From the NCBI RefSeq assembly GCF_009914755.1, contig NC_060937.1: DNA of 64,000 nt, one strand, 5' to 3'. Below the pieces are notes generated by a model. That model saw only the letters and a program-made list of their open reading frames with translations. It was not told the DNA's origin and did no database searches. Origin of the DNA: the human T2T-CHM13v2.0 reference genome, Homo sapiens. The position numbers were made by a program, and so were the translations under genes. This document shows, piece by piece, positions 41,161 to 55,320 of this stretch. Positions within the stretch are counted from its first letter, which is position 1. Each line of letters begins with the position of its first letter.

Positions 41161-43637
41161 AAATGTACCCCATATAAATAAAAAAAACAGAAAACAAGTG
41201 TGATTACTAGATCTAACCATAAGTCAGTATAAGATTGGTATACCATGTTTACACTTCAGTGCAAGGGCTGTGCAAACAGAGTACAGGGTAATAGGAAAAT
41301 ACAGGAAGAGACATATGCACAACCATAAGCAAGAATAGAATATTTCAATTTTCACATAAAATTTGCAATTTAATGTAATGAGAAGGGAGATTATTTTATA
41401 ATCCAAGTTTGCCATTTAATCTAGGACAATCTGACTCTTGGTTGACTGAACTAGCTTAAAATAAAATCTGAATATTAACTTTTCTCTGAAAAGAAACATA
41501 TTGAATAAATGAGATTAAAACAGTTTGATTTTAAGTAAATTTAATAATTATTTTAATTGTCTTCATTATTTCAGAGGAGTATGTGAGCATTTATTAAGAA
41601 TGAATACTACACAAAGCATTATTAAGAATGACTTCAGAATTTGTTATTTCATTTTCTGGGTCCTAACTTAGATCATTCAAGTAAGACAGCAGTGTAGACA
41701 ATTTACTGCAAAAACAAAATACAGTTTAATTTTGGAACTAACCATTGTAGATATTTATTTGGCTGTGATTAACATTTAATATGCATGACTCTACTATGTA
41801 GAACAGATTTGAAACTTGTCTTTAATAAGACTTTGATTTGAAAAGCAATATGCCGGAGAAGATTTAATAGAGTAAGATTCAACAAGCAAATGCATGTTGA
41901 AATAATTCCATACTTTCTTTTATGTCTGTAACAGATGTATCCAAGTGATAGGAGTGAAAGGCTCTGAACACTGTTTTGACATTAAAGAGCAACAGATTCA
42001 GCTACAATGCGAATTTGTTTCCACGTTTGCTTCTTTGTTGTTTGTCTGAGCGTAAAAAGATTGAATGATCTTAAACTTGTGAAATTACTGAATATGCTTT
42101 CTCTTGTAGTTATAAAGAAAGAGTCTTTTTCAGCATGAATGCATATTATTACTGACTGATATTGTGGCCACTTTTAATTTTGTACAGTGTAGCCATTACA
42201 TAAACAATTAGGTTTCAATTAAAACTGTCGTGTCAGTGTCTTTAAATGCTTCCATATTAAAGAAATGTACAGCATAATAGGCTACCAAATGTTTCACCAA
42301 CATTAAACTGTATAAAGGCAGTTGCTTTATTACCAATTAACAGTTCAAGCACATGCAAAAATCCTCTTTAACTACAATATGTACATAGTAAGTTACTATC
42401 TTTTAGAACTTTCATGATTGACTAGGGAAATGGGATTGTATGTTAATCACATCAGGAAGAAAATTTTAACTTTGTATTTAAGTATTACTAGAGATTGAGA
42501 AAAGCATTCATCCCTTACTGGGGAAGGAGCAAAATCCGTTGCTGTCCTGTGGCTCTGAGAAATAGGCCACACTAATAATCAATAACCATATGTTTGGCTT
42601 TGTTCATGTGTATGTGTGAACTTCAGTTTTCCAGAAATAATGGGCTAAGTTATCAGGGAAAACTCTCGCTGAAAATAACTAGGGAAATTGGATAAATATA
42701 TATTTTAAAATCTTTTTAAAAGCATCTAATAGCTAACAAGATAGTAATAAATTATTATGATGAATTGTAAGAAACATTAGTGTCCAAAGAGCAAAACAAC
42801 CCATAGGCACTTTTGGTCTGGAGTATATATTTTTACTTATCTTCTCATGTAGAAATAGGGCAAAAAAAATTTTAAGAGACCAAAATAAAAGCCACAGAGA
42901 GTGGTACTCTCACAGAAGACCCACTACACAAAAGAAGGATTCATCTAAGTTAAGGAAACAATGCAAGTGGTCAAGTCTTAGTGCAAAAATAAAAAAAATA
43001 GGCTTTAAAAGCCTTGCTAATCAATGGATAATCAGGTATTCATTTGACTTGAGGTGATTCCAGACTAGTTATATCTCCAGCTGATTAGTCAAAGCAAATT
43101 TAAAATCTCTCAGGAAAGAGTAACCCCATCCAAGGTTGCATATTGCTCCACAATGAAACATATATATATATATATATTTAAAAATATATATAATATAAAT
43201 ATAAATATAACTATTGTGAATGAGAAGCATAGTAATATTTATGGTGAGGGAGAAATATATTATTGATAGTTGGTACAAACCAGACCCTATGAGGGAGAAG
43301 CATATGTAAAAAAGACAACTTGTGAAAGACATAGTCAAATGTTAAGTCCATGTTAACCCTCTGGATCCCTGTAAAGATACTATCAATAAATTAAACCCCT
43401 AAATCATCTTATTTAAACAATAGAGAAGAAGTGACAGTTATCAAATCTTAGAAAAATCTGGGGTGAGAGAGGATAAAATTACTTTCAAAGGAGCAACAGT
43501 TGTGTGTAACCTGACATCCTATGAGCAACAATAGAAACCATGAGATTATGAAATAACATCATTTGTGTGCTAAAAGAAATAAATGCCACCCTAGAATTTT
43601 TACTCCAGCGAAAATACCTCTCAGGTATTAAAGTGGT

Positions 43638-44026
43638 TGTATTAGTTCGTTCTCACACTGCTATTAAGAACTCCCTGAGACTGGGTAACTATGAAAAAAA
43701 AGAGGTTTAATTGACCCTCAGTTCCACAGGCTGTACAGGAAGCATGGTTGGGGGAGGACTCAGGAAACTTACAATCATGGCGGAAGGCAAAGGGGAAGTA
43801 AGCATATCTTCACATGGCAGTAGGAGAGAGAGAGAGAGAGTGAAGGGGAAAGTGCTACACCTTTCAAACAACCAGATCTCATGGAATCTCAGTCATTATC
43901 ACCAGAACAGCAAGGGGGATGTCTGCCCCAATGATCCAATCACCTCCCACCAGGTCCTTTCTCTAACATATTGGGATTACAATTAGACATGAGATTTGGG
44001 TGGGGACACAGAGCCAAATCATATCA
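43638..44026 (-). mobile_element. MSTA-like MaLR solo LTR
   Basis: TGTATTAG...ATATCA termini; CACAGGCTGTACAGGAAGCATGG; perfect TSD GTGGT. Confidence 0.93.
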
Positions 44027-44250
44027 GTGGTAAAAGTCATTTCAGATCCCAACTTAAAAAAAAAAAAAGTAGATCTTAAATTTTAAAAAACTACAATTAC
44101 ATTTCAGATAGGTAAATAATATAATTAAATGCGATTATACTCAATGTTCTAGTTAAAAGAAAAAAATAGAAACATATGGGAAAATAGAGATATACTATAA
44201 ATGTTGAGTAAAGATATGACTTATACAGAAATGAATGAAAGGAAAAGCAC

Positions 44251-44600
44251 TGTAGCTCTATATGGAGAACACAGAGATTCTTAACCCATAGCTCTCTTCA
44301 AGGAATTACTTGTTGCCCTGGTTGCTGAGAATGCTGTCAGGCTACAGTTTTCAGTTCTCAGTGGACTCAGGAATGGCTTCAGTGGCACACAGCCACCTCC
44401 CCAACGATAATGCCTTTCTGGAGCAGCCACATCACATGACTATATGAGGCAGAGTTAGTAAGTCTCAGATGATTTGGCATGAATTGAGCCATTTCAGCTC
44501 CAGGGCTACCTGAGGGGTTGCCTGAGAATGACAGGCTTATATCAGAGCTGGAATTCTTCTGCTCGTCACTCTGGTCCACCTATTCCCTTCCACAAGGAAT
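44251..44600 (+). mobile_element. LTR16A-like ERVL LTR
   Basis: TGTAGC start; GCAGCCACATCACATGACT, GCCATTTCAGCTCCAGGGCT and TTCCCTTCCACAAGG. Confidence 0.7.
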
Positions 44601-46820
44601 TTTTTCTAGAAATTATAAAAGTGTTAAAATTCTAAGTAGCAAAAAACATGCCAACTGATTTGCATGAAGGATAGCTAACAGATCAAAGAAACCAAATAAC
44701 TTTAAAAAATAAAAGCAGGAAATTCTTCAAAGTGGAACATTTCAACTAACTTCTTTCAGTAATTTATAGTAAATGCACATAATAAATCTATATAGACATT
44801 GAAGTTAGGAATAATACAGTTAAGGAAATTGACAAAATGGACATGTATAGAACTGCACACAAGAGCAGAACAATTATTTTGTAAATACATTTAATATATA
44901 TCATAAACTGGTCATGTACTGTGTCATAAATTGAATCTAACCAAAAACTTAAAAAATTAAAAGCAAATATTTCGAGTTTTCTGATTACAACATAATCAAG
45001 TTATAAATTAGTATGAGAAAGATAAAATAGCAATATACTTGGGAAAATAAGAAATATAGTTATAAGTCACTCATCAATCAAAGAAGAAATATAAATAAAA
45101 TTTTAAAAATATTTTTAACTATTAATGGCAACACCACACATCAAAACACAGAGGAGGCACGTAAATGTGTACTTTTACTAAAAATACTGATTTTTTCTAC
45201 AGTTTTAGAAAGATTTCAAAGATCATCAAAGAGTAAGATAAAATTAAGCATTTATGTTTAAAAGTAAAGTAAATCTAGTTAACAATATAAAAATAACAAA
45301 TATCTTCAACTTGGTCTTCATTAAGAGGATTTTTAAAAATAAAAATCAAAGAAAACAAAGAATAAATAGAAAAGAAAAAATAGTGAAAAAAATGAATAAT
45401 AGAGATAGTCAATAAGAAAAAAAAGTAGAGTTTTTTCTTTATTTTTTTAATGCCTAATGAAAATGACAAGCATTCGGGAAGAAGAATAAGAAAAACAAGG
45501 AGACTTAGCAAAAGAGAGATTTTAGGGAGCCACTGCTCAGTTCGGAACCTCTGCATTGCAGACTCTAACTCTGGGAGACTGCTTTTCACCCCAACATTAT
45601 TATCTGGCTCTTTGACATTTGGAGAGAAGATACAAACATAAACATCAGAATTTAATGAAAGATAATACTCAAGTAAATGACAAGTGTTACAAAAGTTAAT
45701 TAAAAATTATGGAAAACTTTATATTTTCAATATTTGTATAAATGCATGAACTTCTAGAAATATATAACATTATATTGATTCAAGTGAAAATTTAAACTGA
45801 ATAATTCTATATAACAAATATGAATAATCAAAAACTTTTTCTATCAAAAATAAGACACAAGTAGATTCATTGACAAGTTGATGTAAATATTAAGTCATAC
45901 ACAAAATCTTTCAGGATGGAAAAATAAGGAACACTACTTGAATGCTTTTTTATTCAGGTTCAAACATAATTAATCTACAAACAAATAAGGGACAAAAAAA
46001 TTCACTAGTCTATAGATTATGCAGTACACTACTAAATAACCCATGCACCAAAAAAGAAATCACACAAAAAAAATTAAGAAAAGATGAACATAAAAATCAA
46101 GAAAACATTAACTCAATGAGGTCATGGTACCCCTGTACCTGATGATGAGGAAGTACACTCGAACCTTATGAATTACTGCCAAAACTGCTTTTTGACAGAG
46201 CTGACAATTATATTCATGTTAATTCAATAGTTCCAGGGATGTATTTTTGGTTTATTATTATTATTAAGTTTAATGCTGCAGTCTACTGTCAGCAATAATG
46301 CACATATTTTATTTAACTATATACTTACAGTACTTTTGAAATAAGTCAGTGGTAGATTTACCCAAAGAAACACCTGAAGGTAATACAGTGACGTGGTTCA
46401 ATGCCAGGAATCTTAAGTTATACTACTTAATTTCACATCCTACATAACCTTGTGGAAATTAGTTAACCTCTCTGACTCCTAGTTTACTCATCCATTTGTT
46501 TAAATACACCTATTATATTACTTAAATATATACAAGATACATGTATCAGTGTAAAGTCTCATTGATGCTTTTATTCTCCATATTAGCCGTAGCTGTCTTC
46601 TAGTGACTTCTAGTGATATTTAAATGTCCTAAGATAAGACATTCTTTCCATTTCATCCCCTTACTGTGAACTTTATTCTTATTATTGTTTTCTAAGTTAT
46701 CTTCTCTATGCTTTCTCACTTTTCACTCATTATTATTCCAAGCAGAAAAAAAGTACTAGGATTTCAAGGATTTGTAATTAAAATATCAAAAAATATTAAA
46801 TTGTAGAAAAATAACTCAGG

Positions 46821-47115
<295 letters not shown>

Positions 47116-50100
47116 AGAAAAATAACTCGGATTACCCAGATATAAATTGATAAATCAAAGTATTCGAAATTGAGAAAGAACTGGAAAGGTGACTAAATTG
47201 TCCAATTTTCACCTGGATGTTTGACACAGGAAGCTATCATATTATGAGCAGAAGTGACACATGAACTATTCTAAGGAGGCTCATCTCAACCTACCCTTGT
47301 TTCCTGGAATTTCCAAAAGTTCAGCTAATTAGTGAGTTCCCAGAAGTGCTGTCAACATACAAGCACATTACATGCCCTCTTGACACAAAGTGATATATCT
47401 GGGAACACAAACGGTACCAAAAACTTGTTGTTATTTGTCATTTAGGTCTAACTTACTGGTCAGTGACATTTTACTTTATTCTACTTAAGTAAAATTTCCT
47501 AAACCTTTTAAATTCTACTTATTGGAAATGCTTTAAAAGCTATGTAATTATTTTACTTAATCAGTAAATTCATAAAGAGGGCAAAGGTATCATACCACCT
47601 TAAAAAGGGCTTTCTGAGATTGCTGTTTGGTATAAATATGAGATTATTTTAAGAAAGAACAAAACACCAATAAAATGGTTTTAAAAGAGAAATTTGTTTT
47701 CTTTTAATTAAAAACATGTTTTAGGCTCCATTTCTTTAAAATGTTTAGGCTGATTCTTTTGTTGTCATCGGTCTATCATTTTCACTGATAACACTGATTT
47801 AAGTGTTAACACTGGGCAAGTATTAAATGACAAAATCAGCTTTAAAGTAACTAGCAATATCTTGAAAATTACAGATTTCTATATTTTCTCTTATATTTTC
47901 TGATGTTACCATTTTTGAGGGGAGAGTTTATTGTTGTTGAGATAGTGATGCATATGTGAATTTTAATAAGATTGTCAGGATATATAAACTCTGGAGATTG
48001 CTGCTTGTATTTCACTAATGAAAAGTTGTTGGAAAAAACAGAGCAAACAGTTTAAATTGAGAAAGTAAAGCGCTATTGTTTGCCCTGTGAGTGGATTTAG
48101 CAGTAAGTGAAACCTTCAGACAACTCCAGAAAGAGCTAATGTATCTAGTCACTGGTTTGTCTGTAGGAGAGTATAGGCTATCCTGATAGCCTTGTGTTAG
48201 AGGAATTATAAACAAAAAGGCTGGAGGAAACCAATATTTTTTAGGGATTTTGACAGGCATCCCATGGAGGAGCACATGTACAATACTTTATACCTGTCAG
48301 ATGCCAGCCAGTTTAGTTGCTTTATCAGGAAAAAAAAAAGCAAGCTGATAACTGAGAATTGTTTTCTGAAACATGATAAACACTATTTTTGTGAATGTAT
48401 TCTCAGTAGTAGACATAGTGCTGCAACTTCTTTACTTGGAGGATAACAACAGATTATCATGAAGGTTTCAATTAAAGAAAAGCCTGGGTATCTCTGGACT
48501 ATAACTGAATTGTTTCCATTTTTCTGTTGTATGGGAGCAATCTAGGAGATGCAAAGTGATAAAATATCTATAACGGTGGTTCACTTAGACGTAATAATGG
48601 CTTTAAGAGGAGATTGGTAAGTGGTACATCCTTTCTAGATAGTCTCCATGGAACAAACCATATATTCAATCCCAAGAAAGAAATCTAGACATATGAAAAG
48701 TGTTTTTTAATTTTAGTACTTTTAAGAAAAAGTCACGTGTTATTTTCTAGGATTCCTTTGCATACCACAGCAAGGACTAACTTTTTCACTGTAAAATAAA
48801 ATGAAAAGTTGATAAAGATGTAAGAAAACTTTGCCTGCCCAAGTGAATTATAGTCAGTTCCTCTGTGAGGCTAAAATGTTGATCATGTAAATTTTACCTA
48901 GGGCTCCACAGATGTGAAATAATTGAGCAAGAGGGATGACTGAATAAATTATCTTTAAGTTGCTACCAAATGGTACCCTGGGTGCACTATAGTGATAGAG
49001 GTCAGCTAGACACTGATGAATGAGATTTTGGAATTATGCTTGACCTTGGTGGGTTTTTAAAGAACCTCATTTTATCATTTTCAGGAAATGGGAGGTGGAA
49101 ACTCATTCAACACATTGCAATTTTCATCTTCACAGGAGAGCTGTTCGATTCCAAGTATGCAATTGAAAAACAAAAAGATCTTGCACTTTTCTGTAGGCTG
49201 GTTTGTAGGCAAAAGACCAGAAGCTAACTTTCATAATTACAATTAAATTTATCTAAAGTTTGACCAGTGACAAAGCAAACCCACTGATATTTCTTGCGTT
49301 AAGAATACAGTTTGTAAGGTACAGCAGCAAGTACACATCACAAAATGGGATTGTATATATACACACCTATATTCAACCAAATAGTTGTAACCTGCATCAC
49401 TCCATTTCATAATTCAATGTATTTTGAATATTATCTCTGATAATTTTGGACTAAGAAATGTGTCCATGGACATTGATGTTTTTGACTATACAGCCTAGAG
49501 GTGATTTGCCTTATTTTCAGGGCTTCAAACATGTTCAGCCAAGACTTGTATTGTGATGCAGAAAAATATAGCAACTGAACCTAAGTCTATTTCTGCACTA
49601 CTTACTCATCATTCAAAAAGCATTTATTTGAAGTCTGGTATACCATAGATTAAGACAGACACTCACACATTGATGAAACTACTGGTACACTATGTTCTCA
49701 CTACCAGTGTAATCTTTGGATAGATTTGAGGGTAGAAGATACTGTGTACTTTCCCGTGTGTGGAACTGGGTAGAACTCCTTTATGCATGAACAGAGCAAG
49801 CAAATACTATTCTTTACTTTTTATCATTTAGATAAAAATTGATAGATCATCTTGTACTCAAAATATCCCTTGAAAATAGGTGAGTGCTAAATGAAAAATC
49901 ATTACTAAAAATTCAGTTCTGATAAAATAAAAATAAAAAACTTTTCTGATAAGTAGCTGATAGAAAAGTCTTCTAAAAGGGAACTAGTCTTTCTGTTCTG
50001 CTTTGTATTTGGCTGGTTACAAGATTCTGAGAGAGAAGAGAATAAACAGAAGATGTGGATTTTTGTGGAAAAGATGGTAAAGATGTAAATTTTAAGAAAA

Positions 50101-50488
50101 GTTGATATTTATATGCTCACTGCAACGTGAAATTGGCCTGAGGACAACCAGATAATTGTTAGTAGGCAGCCAAAACTAAATTTTGAGAATGAAATAAATG
50201 CTTTTAAAAGACCCTGTCTCATTCTGCAATTTTATGGCATTAGAAAAATTGCAAGCCAGTAGCTGATAGTTGATAATTGAAATATGTAAGTTCCATAAAT
50301 GTATACAATTTTTTTTTAAATTCAAAATTTATCAAAGAAATGCAAATGAAGTCTATGGTACGATTTTTTTACCCTTGAAATTGACAATTATTATAAAGTA
50401 TATTAACTTTCCTGAAGATGCCTGGAAAAATTGGTCACTAGGACTTTCCTAACAGGGAAGTAATTCAGTACATATTCTAATATGAAAC

Positions 50489-51072
50489 TGAGGCAGGATA
50501 GTCAACCATGTCCTCAGGACATGGCAATCATGGAGACCACACCATCAATGCAAAAAGCCCCAGCATTTGCATCGCAGTCAACCTCATTCAAGCAAAGTTA
50601 TCTCCAGTAAGGAATTTCCCCTGTAGAAAGCATGCACATTTTGATTTTACCTGTCCTGAGACTGAATCTTTGCTTATTATAATAGCAAAAAACACATCCC
50701 TGGGTGGAGATTTGAGATGCTAATACGACATGCAATGTATGAACAAACATGTACAGCTATTGTGCATGTGCCCCCAGAGGACCACTCAAAACATGCTTAC
50801 TAGTAACACCCTCTTTTCACCCTCTTATGTATAATCGTGTAAGACTCATATAAAGGGAGTTTCCCCAGAAACAGTTAACGCTGTCTTATCCTTAGGAACA
50901 GTGCGCTCTGAATCATCTCTCTCAGAGTGTACTGTCTATTTTGCACCTAACTTTCAGAGTATTCTTTTTCCTTTGCAATAAATATCTCTATGCTGCATCT
51001 CCTTGCTGTATGTCTCTAAAATTCTTTTAAATTGAGAAGACAAGAACTGAGGTTTCACAACCGTCATCAACA
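50489..51072 (+). mobile_element. ERV1-class solo LTR (MER66-like; family name tentative)
   Basis: TG...CA termini with 4-bp TSD AAAC/CAAC; TATA-like CATATAAAGGG (about 50848) and AATAAA (about 50977). Confidence 0.85.
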
Positions 51073-51796
51073 CAACCTGGCAATATGTATGCAATCAACA
51101 AAGTCATTGAATGCCCTAGAAATAGGTGGGATTTGGTGCAAAAAATGTCCAACACTGTTGCATACTTGCCCCAGGATCAATAATTTGATCCTGAGCAAAT
51201 TATTGACCCTCTCATTTGCCTCAGTTTCCACATCTGAGGAGTTGAAATGGTAGTCATACTATGCACCTCATGGGGACATTGTCATGCTAAACATTTTAAT
51301 TTCCATTAAGTGCTTAGATTGAAGCCTGGCCTATCAGATATACTCAGTAAGTGTCATATAATATTCACAAGCTCTAAAATGTTAGTTACTATCTAGTCAT
51401 TCCACTCTCTGGGCATGGTTTCCTGAGAAAATTATCAAAGATACACGCAGAAATATATAAATAATGCAGTTGTCAATAATATTTATATAATCCAAATTCT
51501 AGAAACAGCAAAAACATCCAGCAGTGGGCAACTGGCTAAACACATGTGTCTATGGAGCCACTAAAGTATCTTTATGAAACAGTTTTTTAAGTGCCACAGT
51601 ACTGCATTTTTAAAAGGTCATAAAGAGCACATACAGAAAAAAAATGTAGTTTTGGTTAATAAAACACTTACAGCACAACTCAAAATAGAAAGAAATAACT
51701 CATATGTCGACAATAATTATTTTTTGATTGATAGATTGTGGGTGAGTTTTTACCATATGCACGCAAATATTTGGTAGTCTCTTCCATGTTTCTATG

Positions 51797-52688
51797 CATT
51801 ATGGGTTAAATTGTGTCCCCTGATATAGTTTGGACATGTCTTCCCATCCAAATCTCATGAAGAATTGTAATCCCTAGTGTTGGAAGTGGGGCCTGGTGAG
51901 AGGCTATTGGATTATGGGGGTGGATTTCTAATTAACGGTTTAGCACTATCCACTGGTGCTGTTCTCCTGATAGAGAGTTCTTGCAAGATCTGATTGTTTA
52001 AAGTATAGTACCTCCCCCCACCCCTTGCTCCTTCTCTGACTCTGTGACTTGCCTGTTCCCCTTCGCCTTCTGCCATGATTAAAAATTTCCTGAGGCCTCC
52101 CCAGAAGCCAAGCAGATGCCAGCACCAAACTTCCCACACAGTCTGCAGAACTGTGAACCAATTAAACCTCTTTTCTTCATAAATTACCCAGTCACAGGTA
52201 TTTCTTTATAGCAATGCAAGAAGGAAATAATACATCCCCCTAAAATTGATATATGTTGAACTTTTAACTCCCAGTACTTCATTCAGAATCTGACCTCATT
52301 TAGAAATAGCATCATTGCAGAACTAATTAGTTATGATGAAGTCATACTAGAATAGTTGAGCCCTCAATCCAATATGACTTGTGTCTTTATTTTAAAAGGG
52401 ACATTTAGTGACAAGTACACACAGGGAGAGCACCACGTGCAGATGAAGACAGAGATCAGAATGATGCAGCAGAAACATGTAACACCAAAGGTTGCCTGCA
52501 AAGCAGCAGAAGCTAGGAAAGGGGACTGGAAAAGATTTTTCTTCACAAACCTCAAAAGGAGCAAAACCTACCAACACTTTAATCTTGAACTTCTAGTCTC
52601 CAGAACTGTGAGACAATAAATTTCTGTTTTTTAAGCTGCCTGGTATGTGGCAATTTATTTTTTACAGCAGTCCTAGGAAACGAATACA
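51797..52688 (+). mobile_element. MLT1C-like solo LTR, split by an MST LTR
   Basis: TTATGGGTTAAATTGTGTCCCC start; CTCCAGAACTGTGAGACAATAAATTTCTG...AAACGAATACA end; perfect TSD CTATG. Confidence 0.9.
51821..52234 (+). mobile_element. MSTA/MSTB solo LTR nested in MLT1C
   Basis: TGATATAGTTTGG...TAATACA; perfect TSD TCCCC. Confidence 0.93.
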
Positions 52689-53669
52689 CTATGCTTTGAA
52701 GTTTTATGCACTAATTATGCTTCTTTGTAACAGGAAATAAAATACTTTGCTATATTTATGAATATCAGTGTTCATTACACAGAAGATTCCACTCTCCAAA
52801 AAAGTCTCTTTATTTTGGTTGTATTGACCCTGAAGAGGTCTATATCATTCTGTATGAGAAATAAGAAAATGTCATGTTTTAATCATGGCTAGATGCACTG
52901 AGCTTTATCTTGGTTTCAAAGACAGTTATTTCTTGGGGCAGTATAGAAGGAATTAAATTCATGTTTTGTCATTTTTTTTCTAAGTAAATTCGAATTCCAT
53001 TTATGTATCAGTAAAAGGATTTTTTAAGAGAAAAATCATGACTCATAAAAATATACAATTTTACTTCAAAAACACTATTTATTTCATTAATTAATGATGG
53101 CACCAGTAAGATATCACAGGTGGCTCAAAGGATAATCCAAAGAGCCACATATATTTTAACAAAAACATAGACTGACATAAATTTAGAAATAGATGCAAAA
53201 CTATAAAATTGCTTTCCACAGGAAAGTTCATTTGCATTTGCATTGTTTGTGTGTTAAAGAATTTACAGAGTTGTAAATTAGCTCATACAATGAAAGGCGG
53301 AGATAACCTGAGAGGATGCCCTAGACAATGCCTACATGTCTAACTAGTTACCAGTAATTTTCTTTGGTCCATTTCAAAGGCTTTTACAGTTTTTCCTTAT
53401 AGTACTCTACTATGTTGGCTAATATTGTTGCAGCTAGCCACATGTAGGTATTGAGCACTTGATATGTGCTTATTACTATTGAGAAACCAAAATTCTTAAC
53501 AGAAACCTCACTAAACTAGTTGCTGTCAGAAAAATTGAATCAGATGAAATGATTTTTGCCTGCACAATGATGTAACATTTTAACAAACTAATTTGAAATT
53601 TTCTGTAGGCGGTGTGAATTACAGTGATACCTATACAAATCAAAGTTTTAAATTAAAATACCCTTTACT

Positions 53670-53981
<312 letters not shown>

Positions 53982-53993
53982 TTAATTATACTC

Positions 53994-55102
53994 TATATTA
54001 GTTTTATATTGCTGTGGCAACAAACTGCAACAAACTTCATGGCTGAAAATAACATAAACTTATTATCTTACATTTTTAAGGCCAGAAGTCCAAAATGGGT
54101 CTCATTGGGCTGTGGTGAAGGTGTCGGTGATGCTAAGCTCCTTGTGGAGTCTCTAGGGCACAATCCGTTTCTTTGCCTATTTCAGTTTGTAGAGGACATC
54201 CACATTCCTTGGCTCACGACTCTATTCTACCATATTCCAGGGCAGCAGCATTAGGATCAGGTTTTCTTATACTACTGATTCTCTGGTTCTCTTCTGCCTC
54301 CCTTTTCCACTGAAGAACAATAGTGATTATTTTGGGCCTACCCAGATAATAGAGAATAATCCCTATATCTCAACCTTGATTTCATCTGCTACCGTAATTC
54401 CCTATTATCATACATGCAAGAAAAGATGAACTCAGCCTGGGTTGCACACATCCCTGCACATTATCAAGAAAGACTTGTTTCAAGAATTGGCCCCTGACTG
54501 GCTCCTGGGAACAGCTCTTGAATTCTATGGACTGTTCTACCTGATATGAATGTTTTTGTATGATTGTGACCTTGGCTCACACTATACTAATTTGATCACA
54601 TGTCTTATACTAAAAATATGAATTTATGGTGAACAGTTATTTTTTCTCTGGGGGTCAGGAATCTGAGTAGATGAGGTCAGCCATGCAGGCACTGTATGCC
54701 AATATGAGTGACCTCTCCGCAAAAAATCCTGGACTCAAGATTCAGGTGAGCTTCCCTTGTGGGCAAAATTTAAAATGTGTAGCTACACATCATTGTGGGG
54801 TGAATTAAGTGTGTCCTGTGAGACTCTTCTGTGAAGAGACACCTGGAACCCAGGGCTTGGTTTCTTCTGAACTATACCTTTTGCACCTTTTCGCTTTGCT
54901 GATTTTAATCTGTGTTCTTTCTCTGTTATCAACTGTAAGCAGGAGCATAACAGTTTATGAGTCCCATGAGTCTTACTCTCAATGATTACTGAAAGTGAGG
55001 ATAGTCTTGGGAAGCCCAAGTATACCATATAACTTTACATCATTATAGGTTCTGGAGATTAGGACACGGCCATATTGGGGGATTGCTAGTCTACCTACAA
55101 CA
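53994..55102 (-). mobile_element. MLT1D-like LTR, split by MER21
   Basis: GGCCAGAAGTCCAAAATGGGTCTCATTGGGCT; resumes after 55027 as AGGTTCTGGAGATTAGGACA...CCTACAACA. Confidence 0.85.
54415..55027 (+). mobile_element. MER21(C)-like solo LTR
   Basis: TG...CA with 4-bp near-TSD TACA/TATA; TTGGCCCCTGACTGGCTCCTGGGAA and CCTTTTCGCTTTGCTGATTTTAATCTGTG. Confidence 0.8.
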
Positions 55103-55229
55103 TAATATAGTTTAATTCATTTTTTTTAGCTTACAAATTAACTATGAACATTTTTAAAAATTAAAATAAATGCATACTTCTGAGCAGAATCAAGTGAAGA
55201 TGCAGAAACTATTACCAGGACTGTCACAG

Positions 55230-55320
55230 TAAAAAGAGAAGAAGAAGAGGAAGGGAAAGAATAGAAGAAGAGAACAAGAAGAACAGGAGGAAGAGAAGGA
55301 GGAAAGAGAAAGAGGAATGA
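55230..55320. repeat. Purine-rich (GAA/GGA) low-complexity tract
   Basis: About 90 nt that is almost exclusively A/G. Confidence 0.85.

Larger units (their letters stand above)
42615..46090 (+). mobile_element. Fragmented old L1M(E): 5' region, ORF1 C-terminus and ORF2 endonuclease region, split by LTRs
   Basis: ORF1-like CCTAGAATTTTTACTCCAGCGAAAATACC (PRI..PAKI); EN-like ATGGACATGTATAGAACTGCAC, TCTGATTACAACATAATCAAGTTA and AAAGAAGAAAT. Confidence 0.65.

Noticed and set aside
46140-46206. C/D box snoRNA (ATGATGA ... CTGA)
   Set aside because: There is no convincing terminal stem, no C'/D' boxes and no recognisable rRNA/snRNA guide.
50725-50800. p53 response element in the ERV1 LTR
   Set aside because: Only isolated half-sites (e.g. 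AAACATGCTT) are present, without a properly spaced partner.
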